The notes under the pieces are model-generated. The model was not told the origin of the DNA. It saw nothing but the letters and a program-made list of their open reading frames with translations, and did not search any database. This document shows positions 1 to 11,044 of a DNA stretch of 64,000 bases, piece after piece. The translations under genes and the position numbers were made by a program. Where the stretch lies: positions 68,924 through 132,923 of the forward strand of contig JAVEXP010000001.1 in the NCBI GenBank assembly GCA_034003985.1, in the 5' to 3' direction. How positions within the stretch are numbered: position 1 is the stretch's first letter; each line of letters opens with the position of its first letter. Origin of the DNA: Patescibacteria group bacterium. GTDB taxonomy: Bacteria > Patescibacteriota > Patescibacteriia > Buchananbacterales > UBA6539.

Positions 1-542
1 ATTGGTATTATTGGGATAATGACCAATGGTCGGTTGCCAGTCAGGATGATTACAATACCGCCGTGGTGGTGAACAATAATATTAATCAGTTTGCTACTTC
101 CAGTGGGGCAATTTCTTTTAAAGCTTTTTTAGTCAGTGATGGCACTCAGCAAGTCCAATTAAATAATGTCCGAATCGGCTGGGGTGAAGATTTCGGTTCG
201 GGAGGGTATCAAGATTTTGGTTATTTGATGTCATCCGCGTTTGATCTCGGCAGCCGAGCTGGTTTGGGAGTGATTGAGTGGGATCAAAACATTTCCGAAT
301 GCGAGCCAAATTGCGAAATAAAATTACAGGTAAGAACCGCGCCGGATGGCAGCGGCGGACCGGGAGCCTGGAGTGATTGGTATGGTGCCAGTGGCAGCGG
401 CAGTTATTTCACTAACGCTGACGGTACTATTCTACCAGCCATTTTAAACTTTAATCGGTGGTTGCAATATCGGGTTGAATTGATTGGCGACGGGACTCAA
501 ACACCAATTTTGGAGCAGGTTAAAATTAACTATTTACCATAA
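1..542 (+). CDS. C-terminal fragment of a larger protein of unknown function; the frame is open to the window start
   Basis: Frame 0 has no stop from nt 3 through 542, so the apparent start at 63 is internal. The segment is G/S/D-rich and lies upstream of the pilus genes. Confidence 0.45.
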   Translation, partial: WYYWDNDQWSVASQDDYNTAVVVNNNINQFATSSGAISFKAFLVSDGTQQVQLNNVRIGWGEDFGSGGYQDFGYLMSSAFDLGSRAGLGVIEWDQNISECEPNCEIKLQVRTAPDGSGGPGAWSDWYGASGSGSYFTNADGTILPAILNFNRWLQYRVELIGDGTQTPILEQVKINYLP

Positions 543-1036
543 TGAACAAAAAGCTCCAGGGGTTTACCTTGATTGAATTAATTATTTATTTGGCAATTGT
601 TGCCATTATTTTAACAACCATTTCTTATCTGATTTTGGATATTTTGGGAGGCCAGACCAAAAATTATGCCAATCAAGAAATCAATCAAAATCTAAGATTA
701 ATCACCGGCATTTTGGTTAAAGATATCAAGGCCGCTGAAGAAATAGTTAGTCTTGACAGTAAGACCTTGATATTGCGAGCCGATGGTGATGATATTACTT
801 TTAATTTCGACGATTCCAATCAAGATATTACCAAGCAAATCGGAGCGGGTCAGACGGCCAGATTAAACAGTTCGCGCGTTGAGGTCAGTGGCAGTTTTAC
901 CGATTTGTCGTATGACGACCGGACTAAAAATGTGGGAATCAGCCTCTTGTTTAATTATTATAATCCTTCGGGAATGGCAGATTACAACGCTTCAACCACC
1001 GTTGATTTTACGGTTGAATTAAGGGGGAGAAAATGA
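542..1036 (+). CDS. Prepilin-type N-terminal cleavage/methylation domain protein (pseudopilin / minor pilin)
   Basis: The N-terminus 'KLQGFTLIELIIYLAIVAIIL' matches the class III signal peptide motif G/FTLIE followed by a hydrophobic helix. Confidence 0.7.
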   Translation: MNKKLQGFTLIELIIYLAIVAIILTTISYLILDILGGQTKNYANQEINQNLRLITGILVKDIKAAEEIVSLDSKTLILRADGDDITFNFDDSNQDITKQIGAGQTARLNSSRVEVSGSFTDLSYDDRTKNVGISLLFNYYNPSGMADYNASTTVDFTVELRGRK

Positions 1037-1413
1037 ATTGTCAAAAACCAAAATCAAATGGCTATATCGCCCTGGTGGCTTTATTAATTGTGGCGGCTGT
1101 TGGTTTATCCATCGGTTTGGCCGTTAGCTTGGGAGGGATAGATGAAATTCAAGTCAGTTATGGCACCAGCCAAGCTGTTAAAGCCAAAGCGATGGCTAAT
1201 GCCTGTATTGAAGAGGGTCTGGGTCGGTTGCGCAACAATTGGGCTAATTATTCCGGATCGTTGTCAATTGCCGACAATTCTTGTATAATTATGGTAATGG
1301 TTGACGGCAACATGGCTTTATTGACTGCTACTGGCACTGTTGACATCTATGTTCAGAAATTACAAGTTGAAGTCGATGACAGTTTGAATATCATTGACTG
1401 GCAGGAAAATTAA
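1033..1413 (+). CDS. Pilus-associated minor protein with N-terminal transmembrane helix (PilX-like), hypothetical
   Basis: It has an N-terminal hydrophobic segment 'IALVALLIVAAVGLSIGLAV'. Its start overlaps the upstream pseudopilin stop by 4 nt and it sits in the pilus cluster. Confidence 0.4.
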   Translation: MNCQKPKSNGYIALVALLIVAAVGLSIGLAVSLGGIDEIQVSYGTSQAVKAKAMANACIEEGLGRLRNNWANYSGSLSIADNSCIIMVMVDGNMALLTATGTVDIYVQKLQVEVDDSLNIIDWQEN

Positions 1414-1472
1414 TTAAACCATTTGCCATTTGATTGTAAAATAAAAATAATTTTTAAGGAGGTAAAAACAAA

Positions 1473-3293
1473 ATGTTTAATAAACAAATTTTTGGTTTAG
1501 ATATTTCGGATCATTCAGTTGAGCTGGTTTTGTTGGAAAAACCATTGTTTGGTAAGGTTAAGGCCGTCGCATACAGCCGCCTGGTTTTGCGAGGAAATTT
1601 GATCAGTAACGGGGTAATTAAAGATAAGCTGAAATTGTCGGAAAGTTTGACTAAATTATTGGAGTCCGCCAAGCCTCGGTCGGTTAGGACTAGATACTGT
1701 GTTGTTTCATTGCCGGATTCGCAGGTTTTCACCACGGTTTTTAAGTTTCCGGCCGGACTAAGACATAGTGAAATTCAAAAAACTATTCCGTTTAAAGCGG
1801 AAGAAGCAATTCCGTTTAAAGCTAGCGAAGTATATTTTGATTTTAAGACAATCAGCGTCCAGGGTTCTAGCCAGGATGTTTTTTATGTTGCCGCGCCGAT
1901 TAAAATCGTTGATGACTATATTGATCTCTTGAGCTCGGCGGGATTGAAACCAATCGCTTTTGATTTGGAGTCAATCAGTCTGGCGCGGGCAGTTATCGGC
2001 CAAACCGTTCAGAAGGATCAGGCGACTTTGTTGGTGGATATCGGTTCGCGGACTACCAGCGTCAATATTTTTGACCAAAACGGCATCAGGCAAAATTTGG
2101 TCATCAAAACCGGCGGTAACCGTTTTGCCAAAGCCTTGGCAACCAAATTAAAAATGACAGTTAAGGATGCCGAAGTATTAAAAATTAAGAATGGTTTTGA
2201 TCAAAAGAAACAGTCGGCCAAGGCCCTGGCGATTTTACAGAAAGAGGCCGAAAAAATTATTTTAGAAATAAACAGCCTGATTGATTATTATCAAACTCAG
2301 ACTCAGCGTCAGGTTGGATCAATTATTTTGGTCGGCGGTTGCTCGTTGATGCCCGCCATTGATCAATATCTGGCTAACACTTTACAAAGAGAGGTAAATC
2401 TTGGCCAACCATTGATGATGGTTGCCGACCGTCAACAGCTCTTGAAGCTGAAAGATCGGGCGGTGTTTTTTGCCAATGCTATCGGTTTGGCTTTGAGGGG
2501 CTTGGCACGCGATGCGGGTGGTTCGGACATCAATTTATTGCCGATGTTGTCCCCAGCCAAGTTTGCTTTTTTCCCAAAATCGCATGATTTAAAAGTTCGG
2601 CGAAGGTTTAAAATTAGGTTGGTTGTTTTGGTGGTTTTGCTGGCGATACTGATAACTTTGGTGATTCTAAAGCAGCGCGGATTTGATTTATATAGTAAAG
2701 TTATGCCAACCTATGATTATGAAACATACTCGTCGTCTGACATCGAACTTGATATATTGAATGAATTGCGTCAGGAGCTGCTTAATGCTGACACAACGAC
2801 TACGCCGACCGTAATGCCACCGGTGGTCAAAGTTAAAATTAAGCCGACCAGCGTAGGGTTCCTTAATGTTCGAGAGGGCGCGGGTACTGATTTTGCTAAA
2901 GTCGGACAAGCCGATTCCGGGGCGGAATATCAGTTTTTGGAGGAAATTGACGGGTGGTATAAAATCACCCTTGATGACGGATTAGCCGGTTGGGTATCGG
3001 CCACCTTTGCGGAATTGCTGGAAGAGCCGGCCGTTTCAGCAGGTAACGCCTCGTCAACACCAGAAGTTTTGGGTGTTTCTAATGAGGACAGCCTGATAAT
3101 AAAAATTTCTCCAACCGAGCTTGGATATTTAAATGTCCGTCGGCGACCGGATATCGGATCGGACAAGATTGGTCAAGCGGCTGCCGGGGAAGAATTCGAA
3201 GTCTCGGCCCAAGTCGATGGCTGGTATCAAATTACGCTGACTGACGGCAATCAAGGCTGGGTGTCTTCAGTCTACGCTAAAGAAATTAATTAA
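1473..3293 (+). CDS. pilM: Type IV pilus assembly protein PilM (actin-like ATPase) fused to a PilN-like TM segment and two C-terminal SH3b-like repeats
   Basis: A strong SD 'AAGGAGG' precedes the ATG. The N-terminus 'IFGLDISDHSVELVLLEK' is PilM/FtsA-like. A TM stretch 'IRLVVLVVLLAILITLVIL' lies around residue 375. The C-terminus carries two repeats, 'GWYKITLDDGLAGWVSATFAE' and 'GWYQITLTDGNQGWVSSVYAKE', typical of bacterial SH3. Confidence 0.65.
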   Translation: MFNKQIFGLDISDHSVELVLLEKPLFGKVKAVAYSRLVLRGNLISNGVIKDKLKLSESLTKLLESAKPRSVRTRYCVVSLPDSQVFTTVFKFPAGLRHSEIQKTIPFKAEEAIPFKASEVYFDFKTISVQGSSQDVFYVAAPIKIVDDYIDLLSSAGLKPIAFDLESISLARAVIGQTVQKDQATLLVDIGSRTTSVNIFDQNGIRQNLVIKTGGNRFAKALATKLKMTVKDAEVLKIKNGFDQKKQSAKALAILQKEAEKIILEINSLIDYYQTQTQRQVGSIILVGGCSLMPAIDQYLANTLQREVNLGQPLMMVADRQQLLKLKDRAVFFANAIGLALRGLARDAGGSDINLLPMLSPAKFAFFPKSHDLKVRRRFKIRLVVLVVLLAILITLVILKQRGFDLYSKVMPTYDYETYSSSDIELDILNELRQELLNADTTTTPTVMPPVVKVKIKPTSVGFLNVREGAGTDFAKVGQADSGAEYQFLEEIDGWYKITLDDGLAGWVSATFAELLEEPAVSAGNASSTPEVLGVSNEDSLIIKISPTELGYLNVRRRPDIGSDKIGQAAAGEEFEVSAQVDGWYQITLTDGNQGWVSSVYAKEIN

Positions 3294-3322
3294 TAATTTT
3301 TAATAAAAATAACTACAAAACT

Positions 3323-3808
3323 ATGAAAAGATTTCGAGGGTTTACCCTAATCGAACTGTTGATAGTCATTGCGGTAATCGCCATTTTGGCTGCGATTATT
3401 TTTGTGGCGGTTGATCCGGCCCGGCGGCTTGCGGAAGCCCGCAACGCAGCGCGTTGGAGTTCAGTCAATTCAATTCTGAACGCTTATTTGAAGTATACAG
3501 TGGACTACAGCGGTCAAGAGCCAGTAAGCTTGACCCCTGATACCGAGTATATGATCGGCACCGGAGCAAGTGCGACTAATTGTGAATCAGTCGGTGGCGG
3601 TACCGGTACGACTACCAGCGCAGTGATTGACCTTTCACCGTTGGTTGACACTTATTTGTCGTCAATTCCTTATGATGATACTGCCGGCGGCGATGCCAGT
3701 AAGACATTCTATTGGATCAAGAAGACTATGAATGGCCGTATTACCATTGGTGCTTGCGGAGCGGAAATAGCCGGCGGTAATACGCCAACCATTACTGTTA
3801 CCCGTTAA
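3323..3808 (+). CDS. Type IV pilin (prepilin)
   Basis: The N-terminus 'RGFTLIELLIVIAVIAILAAIIFVAV' is a prepilin cleavage motif plus a conserved hydrophobic helix. Confidence 0.75.
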   Translation: MKRFRGFTLIELLIVIAVIAILAAIIFVAVDPARRLAEARNAARWSSVNSILNAYLKYTVDYSGQEPVSLTPDTEYMIGTGASATNCESVGGGTGTTTSAVIDLSPLVDTYLSSIPYDDTAGGDASKTFYWIKKTMNGRITIGACGAEIAGGNTPTITVTR

Positions 3809-3827
3809 GCCTGATTTGACTTTATTA

Positions 3828-3880
3828 AAGAGCTTCTGGACCGGATTAGCCGTCTGACCAGAAGCTCTTTTTTGATTTTT
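3828..3880 (+). terminator. Rho-independent terminator after pilin 1
   Basis: Inverted repeat 'aaagagcttctgg ... ccagaagctcttt' is followed by a T-run. Confidence 0.6.
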
Positions 3881-3927
3881 TAATTTATGGTATAATTCAA
3901 CCAGATAATAAAGGTAATTTTAAACTT

Positions 3928-4446
3928 ATGAACAAAAAACGAGGGTTAACTTTAATTGAGTTGTTGATTGTGATCGCCATTATCGCCATTCTGGCGGCGA
4001 TTATTTTTGTGGCAGTTGATCCGGCCCGGCGGCTGGCGGAAGCCCGCAATGCTGAGCGCTGGAGTTCGGTTAATTCAATTTTGAACGCCTATCTAAAATA
4101 CAGTGTTGATCATGATGGTGATTTGCCGGCCAGTAATGGTGTGGTTGATGATTATCCTGCCACGGTTCAGATTATTGGTGAGGGCGGTACGGCCTGCAGT
4201 TCGGTTGAGTGTGCCGGTGGGGAGAATTCAAGTTTGTCGGTAGTTTCATCTGGTTGCTTCGTGAACGGTTTGGATACTGATTTGGCTGGACCTTATTTGT
4301 CGGCGGTGCCAAAGGACCCGAAAACCGGTACGGATAATGACACCCGGTATTATGTCAACAAGACTACTGACGGCCGAATTGTGGTTGGCGCTTGTGATCC
4401 AGAAACCGTCGGCGGCGAAACTCCCGATATTGAAGTGAGTAGATAA
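3928..4446 (+). CDS. Type IV pilin paralog. The N-terminal roughly 58 aa are nearly identical to the upstream pilin and the C-terminal domain is divergent.
   Basis: 'RGLTLIELLIVIAIIAILAAIIFVAVDPARRLAEARNAERWSSVNSILNAYLKY' compared with the same segment in ORF 3323. The nucleotide identity is about 85% over about 160 nt. Confidence 0.75.
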   Translation: MNKKRGLTLIELLIVIAIIAILAAIIFVAVDPARRLAEARNAERWSSVNSILNAYLKYSVDHDGDLPASNGVVDDYPATVQIIGEGGTACSSVECAGGENSSLSVVSSGCFVNGLDTDLAGPYLSAVPKDPKTGTDNDTRYYVNKTTDGRIVVGACDPETVGGETPDIEVSR

Positions 4447-4463
4447 TTTAGAGTATCATTTTT

Positions 4464-4497
4464 AAAAAATCAACCCTATTTATGGGGTTGATTTTTT
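4464..4497 (+). terminator. Rho-independent terminator after pilin 2
   Basis: Hairpin 'aatcaaccc-tatttat-ggggttgatt' is followed by TTTTT. Confidence 0.6.
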
Positions 4498-4536
4498 ATG
4501 TTACAATGAAAAAAATACTTAATCTATTGAAATTAT

Positions 4537-5049
4537 ATGGCTAAGAAGGCAGTATTTATTATCGCTCAAAACAATTTTCGAGATGAAGAATTGCTGGACA
4601 CCAAGGCGGTTTTAACCGGGCGAAAAATTGAAGCTAAGGTTGCGGCCAAAACCAGAAATAAGGCTTTGGGTAAGCTGGGGACTGAAATTAAACCGGATTT
4701 GGCGATTGCTGAAATTAATCCCAATGACTTTGACGCCATTGTCTTTATTGGCGGCCGTGGAGCAGAACAATATTTTGACGACCAGGAAGTGTTTAAGTTG
4801 GCCGAGAAATTTTTCCGTGGTGGCAAACTAGTCGGGGCAATTTGTATTGCCCCGTCAATTTTGGCCAATGCTGGAGTTTTAATTGGTAAGACCGTTACCG
4901 CTTTTCCGACCGAGGAAGAGAATTTAAGAGATCGTGGAGCTGAATATACCGGGATGCAAGTTGAAGTTGATGGCAAAATCGTCACTGCCAAAGACCCGAC
5001 GGCGGCAAAGGAGTTTGGAGAGAAGTTGGCTTATCTGCTTGAAGGATAA
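4537..5049 (+). CDS. DJ-1/PfpI family protein (class I glutamine amidotransferase-like)
   Basis: Nucleophile elbow 'GAICIAP' and the 'DAIVFIGGRG' pattern are typical of DJ-1/ThiJ/PfpI. Confidence 0.8.
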   Translation: MAKKAVFIIAQNNFRDEELLDTKAVLTGRKIEAKVAAKTRNKALGKLGTEIKPDLAIAEINPNDFDAIVFIGGRGAEQYFDDQEVFKLAEKFFRGGKLVGAICIAPSILANAGVLIGKTVTAFPTEEENLRDRGAEYTGMQVEVDGKIVTAKDPTAAKEFGEKLAYLLEG

Positions 5050-5141
5050 TTTTTAATTTTGAATTTATAATTTCAAATCAATTTTTATTACTGAATTATT
5101 TAAAATTTATTAAAAACTGAAAATTAAAAAATTTGGTTTTT

Positions 5142-6092
5142 ATGTTATATGATGTCATAATTATCGGCGCGGGACCGGCCGGAGTGGCGGCTACGGTTTA
5201 TGTGGCCAGAAAAAAATTAAAAGTTTTATTGATCACTGATTCTTTTGGCGGCCAGTCGATTGTTTCCGATGATATTCAAAATTGGATTGGTGAAAAAAGC
5301 ATTTCGGGGTTTGATTTGGCCAAAAAGTTGGAAGATCATGTTAAAAATTTCAACAAGGAGATTGAAATTAAAGAAGGTCGGCAAGCGGTTGGGATAAAAA
5401 AAATAAATTGTCCGGATGGTTTGTACGAATGTAATTTTGAAGTTACTACCGACCAAAATAATAAATATATCAGTAAGACTTTGATTTTAGCCAGTGGTGC
5501 CAGGAGACGAAAACTGGGGGTTAAGGGTGAACAAGAATTTGAAGGACGGGGAGTGGCTTACTGTTCTACTTGTGATGCACCATTATTCAACGGTCGCGAT
5601 GTGGCGGTAGTTGGCGGCGGTAATTCCGGTGGCGAAGCGGTGGTTGATCTTTTGCCTTATACTAATAAAATTTATCTTTTAAATCGGTCTGATATTTTAA
5701 AAGCTGATTTAGTTACGCAGGACCAGATCAGAAATAATAAAAAGGTCAGTTTAATAATGAACGCCGAGATTTTAGAAATTTTGGGAGATCAGTTTGTTTC
5801 AGGTTTAAAATATAAAGATAATAAGACTGGTGAAGAAAAGCAAATTGAGGTCCAGGGGGTATTTGTTGAAATTGGATCAATTCCGAACTCCGAAATTGTT
5901 AAAGATTTGGTTGAGTTGGATCGTTTTGGTCAAGTTGTTATAGATTCCAAACATGCTACTACTTCACAACCCGGTATTTTTGCGGCTGGTGACATTACCG
6001 ATGATCCTTATAAACAGAACAATATTTCGGCCGGTGACGGAGTGAAGGCTGCCTTAGCAGCATACGCTTATATTTTGCAACTTCATAAATAA
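5142..6092 (+). CDS. trxB: Thioredoxin-disulfide reductase (FAD/NAD(P)-binding)
   Basis: 'YDVIIIGAGPAG' is an FAD fold. 'CSTCDAPLF' is the redox-active CxxC. 'VAVVGGGNSGGEA' is the NADPH site. The ATG at 5142 is preferred over the TTG at 5133. Confidence 0.8.
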   Translation: MLYDVIIIGAGPAGVAATVYVARKKLKVLLITDSFGGQSIVSDDIQNWIGEKSISGFDLAKKLEDHVKNFNKEIEIKEGRQAVGIKKINCPDGLYECNFEVTTDQNNKYISKTLILASGARRRKLGVKGEQEFEGRGVAYCSTCDAPLFNGRDVAVVGGGNSGGEAVVDLLPYTNKIYLLNRSDILKADLVTQDQIRNNKKVSLIMNAEILEILGDQFVSGLKYKDNKTGEEKQIEVQGVFVEIGSIPNSEIVKDLVELDRFGQVVIDSKHATTSQPGIFAAGDITDDPYKQNNISAGDGVKAALAAYAYILQLHK

Positions 6093-6105
6093 TCACTGGC
6101 AACTG

Positions 6106-6134
6106 ATTAGCGTATTGACAAATAATTAAGTAAT
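6106..6134 (+). promoter_or_regulatory. Consensus sigma70-type promoter upstream of uvrB
   Basis: TTGACA (6106-6111), a 17-nt spacer and TATAAT (6129-6134). A perfect hairpin 'aagggac-caacta-gtccctt' (about 6170-6190) follows in the 5'UTR. Confidence 0.5.
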
Positions 6135-6200
6135 TAATATAATTAATTGGCTTAATCTAGTAATTTAGTTCAAGGGACCAACTAGTCCCTTTCGCTTGTT

Positions 6201-8141
6201 ATGTCAAAATTTCAGCTAAACAACCTATACCCCCCCAAAGGTGATCAACCTCAGGCAGTTGAAAGATTGGTAGCTGGCTATGAAAAATACCGCCAGCAGA
6301 CATTGTTGGGTGTAACTGGCAGCGGTAAAACCTTTACGATTGCCAATGTTATTCAGCAGCTTCAAAAGCCAACTTTAGTTTTATCGCACAATAAAACTTT
6401 AGCCGCCCAGCTATTTCAGGAATTTCAGACTTTTTTTCCCCGCAATAAAGTTTGCTATTTCGTATCTTATTATGACTATTACCAGCCGGAAAGCTATTTA
6501 CCCCATACTGATACTTATATTGAAAAGGATTCCAGCGTTAATGAAAAAATTGAACGCTTAAGACTGGAAGCGGCGACTTCACTGTTGGCCCGAAGCGATG
6601 TGATTGTAGTGTCGTCGGTTTCCTGTATTTATTCTTTTGGCCAGCCGGCGGATTTTGAAGGTGAAAGTTTTCATTTGACCTTGGGTCAACATCTGACCAA
6701 AAAAGATTTTCTCAAGGCTTTGATTAATATTCAGTATGAGCGAAATGATACCGAACTTAGGTCCGGACGGTTTAGGGTTAGGGGCGATACAATCGACATT
6801 CTTCAGGGATCGGCCAATAGCAATATTGTCAGGATTCAGTTGTTTGGCGATGAAATCGAAGCGATTTGTGATATCGACCGGATTACTGGTCGGAAAATAA
6901 ATGATTTGCGCGATATTTTTATTTATCCGGCCAAACCGTTTGTCGTCCCTGAAGACCGGATGGGTCCGGCTTTGGAGTCAATCCGCCAGGAACTCAAAGA
7001 AACTCTGCCCAAGCTAGATACGATTGAAGCCTATCGGTTGAATCAGCGGACCAATTATGATTTGGAAATGTTGGAGCAGCTGGGCTATTGCAAAGGAATG
7101 GAAAATTATTCCAGGCATTTTGACAACCGCCAGCCCGGTCAGCCACCTTTTACTTTGCTTGACTTTTTTGAATATGCCGCCAAAGACTGGCTATTAGTGA
7201 TTGATGAAAGTCATCAGACAATTCCCCAGGTAGGTGGAATGTACCATGGCGATAAAGCCCGCAAGAAAAATTTGGTGGATTACGGTTTTCGGTTACCCAG
7301 TGCTTTTGATAACCGGCCGTTGAAATTCAGTGAATTCGAAAAATATTTGAAGCACGCAATTTATGTTTCGGCCACACCCGGTGAATACGAGCTGGAAAAC
7401 AGCTCCCAAGTCGTTGAACAGATTATTCGCCCGACGGGCTTAGTTGATCCGCCGATTGAAGTTCGGCCGGTTGACGGCCAGGTGGCTGATTTACATCAAG
7501 AAATTAGCAAGGTGGTAAACAAAGGCCATCGAGTATTGGTAACTACTTTGACCAAGCGGATGGCCGAAGATTTGGCGGCTTATTTCGTGGATCAAAAAAT
7601 TAAGGCCGTATATCTCCATTCGGAAATTGATACCCTGGAACGGACAAAAATAATCAGGGATTTGCGGCTTGGTAAATATGATGTGTTGGTGGGTATTAAT
7701 CTTTTGCGTGAAGGTTTGGATCTTCCGGAAGTGGCACTGGTGGCAATTTTGGATGCCGACAAAGAGGGATTCTTACGCAACACTACCAGCCTGATCCAGA
7801 CAATCGGCCGAGCGGCGCGAAATGTTGAATCTCGGGTAATAATGTACGCGGCTTCCCAAACGCACTCAATTAAAGAGGCGATCAGGGAAACTGATCGGCG
7901 GCGGAAAATTCAGACGGCCTACAATAAAAAGCACGGGATTACGCCCCGAAGCATTATCAAAGCGATTGCTGAGGAGGAAGTGGTGATTGAACCCGGAGAA
8001 AGGGGCAAGGAATTGGCTTTGGATAAGTTGATTGTTGATTTGGAGGGTCGAATGCAGGTGGCGGCCGAAGATCTTGATTTCGAAAAAGCCATTGAACTAA
8101 GAGATAAAATTGAAAAATTAAAGAAAAAATTAGATGACTAA
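6201..8141 (+). CDS. uvrB: Excinuclease ABC subunit B
   Basis: '[12 protein letters not shown]' is Walker A. It has the UvrB helicase motifs and the C-terminal UvrB/UvrC interaction motif '[15 protein letters not shown]'. Confidence 0.95.
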   Translation: MSKFQLNNLYPPKGDQPQAVERLVAGYEKYRQQTLLGVTGSGKTFTIANVIQQLQKPTLVLSHNKTLAAQLFQEFQTFFPRNKVCYFVSYYDYYQPESYLPHTDTYIEKDSSVNEKIERLRLEAATSLLARSDVIVVSSVSCIYSFGQPADFEGESFHLTLGQHLTKKDFLKALINIQYERNDTELRSGRFRVRGDTIDILQGSANSNIVRIQLFGDEIEAICDIDRITGRKINDLRDIFIYPAKPFVVPEDRMGPALESIRQELKETLPKLDTIEAYRLNQRTNYDLEMLEQLGYCKGMENYSRHFDNRQPGQPPFTLLDFFEYAAKDWLLVIDESHQTIPQVGGMYHGDKARKKNLVDYGFRLPSAFDNRPLKFSEFEKYLKHAIYVSATPGEYELENSSQVVEQIIRPTGLVDPPIEVRPVDGQVADLHQEISKVVNKGHRVLVTTLTKRMAEDLAAYFVDQKIKAVYLHSEIDTLERTKIIRDLRLGKYDVLVGINLLREGLDLPEVALVAILDADKEGFLRNTTSLIQTIGRAARNVESRVIMYAASQTHSIKEAIRETDRRRKIQTAYNKKHGITPRSIIKAIAEEEVVIEPGERGKELALDKLIVDLEGRMQVAAEDLDFEKAIELRDKIEKLKKKLDD

Positions 8142-10962
8142 AAAAATAACCGATCAAATCACAATTAGGGGTGCTCGGGAGCATAATCTCAAGAATATCG
8201 ATGTGGATATTCCAATTGATAAACTCACGGTGATTACCGGTTTGTCCGGTTCGGGCAAGTCTACTTTGGCGTTTGATACTTTGTATGCCGAAGGCCAGCG
8301 CCGGTATGTGGAAAGTCTGTCGGCTTACGCGCGGCAGTTCTTGGGACTGATGAACAAGCCGGAGGTCGATAAAATCACCGGTTTGTCGCCGGCCATTTCG
8401 ATTGAACAAAAATCAATTTCCAAAAACCCGCGTTCGACGGTGGGAACAATTACGGAAATTTCCGACTATTTAAGGTTGCTTTACGCCAGGGTGGGCAAGC
8501 CTCATTGTCCAAATTGCGGCAAACCGATTATGTCGCAATCAGCTGAAAGTATCAGTGAAATTATTCAACAGGAAAGCGCTGGAACAAAAATCCAAATCCT
8601 CGCGCCGGTGATCAGGGCTAAAAAAGGAACATACGAGAAATTGTTTAAGAGTTTTTTTGACAAGGGCTTTAGTCGAGTCAGGTTGGATGGTGAAACATTG
8701 GATTTGTCGGATTGGGAAAATTTTGAACTTAATAAGCAAATCAAGCATAATATTGAGTTGGTGGTTGATCGCTTGGAGATTAAAAAAGGAGTCAGCTCCC
8801 GACTTACCGACGCGGTGGAAGTGGCTTTGTCGGAAGCCGATGGTTTGGTATTGGCGATTATTGGCGACCAAGAAAGATTGTTTTCGCAACATAATGCCTG
8901 TTTGGATTGCGGCATTTCAATTGAGGAATTGCAGCCCAGAATGTTTTCGTTTAATTCGCCGTTTGGCGCTTGCTTGGAATGTCACGGTTTAGGATTTTTA
9001 CAGCAGGTTGATGAAGATTTGGTGATTCCCGACCCCGGTTTATCACTGGCCGAAGGAGCGGTTCGGCCCTGGCAAACTTATGGCGAAGGCTGGCGCTATC
9101 AATTATTGGAAGGCTTATCAGGCCATTACAGCTTTGATTTACAAACGCCTTACAAAGATTTACCGCGGAAAATAAAAGATATCATTTTGCACGGTTCTGA
9201 TGAGGATGTCAGGTTTCATATGCATTCCAGCAAGAAGAACTCGAACTATAACTGGGTTGGCCAATTTGAGGGTATCATCCCGCAAATTGAGCGGCTTTAT
9301 CAACAAACTGATTCAGAATACCGCCGTCGGGAAATGGAAAAGTATATGCGGGTTGGATCATGTCCGGTCTGCGGCGGCAAACGGTTGAAACCCGAAACTT
9401 TGGCGGTGACGGTCGGTGGTAAAAATATTTGGGAGGTAAGCGAATTATCAGTCGATAAGGCCCTGGATTTTTTTAGAGCTTTAAACCTAAGTAAATCGGA
9501 GAGTGAAATTGCTAAATTAATTTTGCGCGAGATTGAAAATCGTTTAAAATTTTTGATTGATGTCGGATTGAATTATTTGACACTATCGCGTGAAGCCAGA
9601 ACACTGTCTGGCGGTGAAGCTCAGCGGATCCGGCTGGCAACCCAGATCGGTTCAGAACTGCGGGGGGTGTTATATATTTTGGATGAGCCGTCAATTGGTT
9701 TACATCAGCGCGATAATCAAAAATTAATCAAAACTTTGAAAAACTTGAGAGATTTAGGCAATACCGTGGTGGTGGTAGAACATGATGAAGAAACGATTTT
9801 GGAAGCCGATCAAGTAATAGATTTGGGACCTGGGGCGGGAATTCACGGCGGTCAGATTGTTTGTGCCGGGCCACCCGATAAAATCAAGAAGTGCAAGGAT
9901 TCAATCACTGCTCAATATTTGAGCGGGCATAAGAAGATTTTAACGCCAACAAAACGCCGAAAGGCATTTGATTATTTGGAAATCCTCGGTGCCGCCCAGA
10001 ATAATCTTAAAAATATCGATGTTAAAATTCCGCTTAAAGTTTTTACCTGCGTGACGGGAGTATCCGGTTCTGGTAAAAGTAGTTTAATTAATGATATTTT
10101 ATACAAAGCTTTGTATAAGATATTTTGGGCCAGCTTGGAAAAACCGGGCAAATATAAAGCGCTCAAAGGCCATGGTAATCTGGATAAGGCGATTATTGTC
10201 GATCAGTCGCCGATTGGCCGGACGCCGCGCAGCAATCCGGCAACTTATATCGGGGTATTTACGCCGATTCGCGAATTGTTTGCCCATACCGCCGAAGCCA
10301 AGGCTCGGGGCTATAAGGCCGGAAGATTCAGTTTTAATGTGGCTGGCGGACGGTGCGAGGAATGCGAAGGCGATGGCGTTAAAAGAATTGAAATGAATTT
10401 TTTGCCCGATGTCTATGTCGAATGTGAAAAGTGCAAAGGCAGTCGTTACAATAAAGAAACTTTGGAGGTTAAATATAAAAACAAAACGATTGCCGATGTT
10501 TTAAACATGACAGTCGAAGAAGCTTTGATGTTTTTTAGACATATTCCGGCAATCCAGGCTAAATTGCAGACTTTGTGTGATGTTGGACTTGGTTATATCG
10601 CTTTGGGCCAAGCCGCCACGACTTTGTCTGGCGGGGAAGCTCAGCGGATCAAATTGACTTCGGAATTATCGCGCAAGGGTGGCAACACAATGTATATTTT
10701 AGACGAACCAACCACAGGACTGCATTTTGACGATGTTAATAAATTATTGACTGTTCTGAACAGATTGGTCGACAAAGGCAATAGCGTAGTAGTGATTGAA
10801 CATAATTTGGATGTGGTTAAATCCTCGGATTGGGTGATTGATTTGGGACCGGAAGGCGGGGATAAAGGCGGCCGGATTGTGGCGGAAGGTACGCCGGAAA
10901 AAATAGCCAAATGTGCTAGATGGTCTTATACTGGTAAATATTTGGCAAAAGTTTTGAAATAG
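8134..10962 (+). CDS. uvrA: Excinuclease ABC subunit A
   Basis: There are two ABC ATPase modules ('[14 protein letters not shown]', '[13 protein letters not shown]'), two 'LSGGEAQRI' signatures and zinc-finger Cys clusters. It overlaps the uvrB stop by 8 nt. Confidence 0.95.
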   Translation: MTKKITDQITIRGAREHNLKNIDVDIPIDKLTVITGLSGSGKSTLAFDTLYAEGQRRYVESLSAYARQFLGLMNKPEVDKITGLSPAISIEQKSISKNPRSTVGTITEISDYLRLLYARVGKPHCPNCGKPIMSQSAESISEIIQQESAGTKIQILAPVIRAKKGTYEKLFKSFFDKGFSRVRLDGETLDLSDWENFELNKQIKHNIELVVDRLEIKKGVSSRLTDAVEVALSEADGLVLAIIGDQERLFSQHNACLDCGISIEELQPRMFSFNSPFGACLECHGLGFLQQVDEDLVIPDPGLSLAEGAVRPWQTYGEGWRYQLLEGLSGHYSFDLQTPYKDLPRKIKDIILHGSDEDVRFHMHSSKKNSNYNWVGQFEGIIPQIERLYQQTDSEYRRREMEKYMRVGSCPVCGGKRLKPETLAVTVGGKNIWEVSELSVDKALDFFRALNLSKSESEIAKLILREIENRLKFLIDVGLNYLTLSREARTLSGGEAQRIRLATQIGSELRGVLYILDEPSIGLHQRDNQKLIKTLKNLRDLGNTVVVVEHDEETILEADQVIDLGPGAGIHGGQIVCAGPPDKIKKCKDSITAQYLSGHKKILTPTKRRKAFDYLEILGAAQNNLKNIDVKIPLKVFTCVTGVSGSGKSSLINDILYKALYKIFWASLEKPGKYKALKGHGNLDKAIIVDQSPIGRTPRSNPATYIGVFTPIRELFAHTAEAKARGYKAGRFSFNVAGGRCEECEGDGVKRIEMNFLPDVYVECEKCKGSRYNKETLEVKYKNKTIADVLNMTVEEALMFFRHIPAIQAKLQTLCDVGLGYIALGQAATTLSGGEAQRIKLTSELSRKGGNTMYILDEPTTGLHFDDVNKLLTVLNRLVDKGNSVVVIEHNLDVVKSSDWVIDLGPEGGDKGGRIVAEGTPEKIAKCARWSYTGKYLAKVLK

Positions 10963-11044
10963 TTTAATAAAAAAACGACCCCGAAAGCAGGAACGAACCT
11001 GTCGGAGTCGCGTTGGAGCCGTGGGCTACTGTTTCGGTACACTG

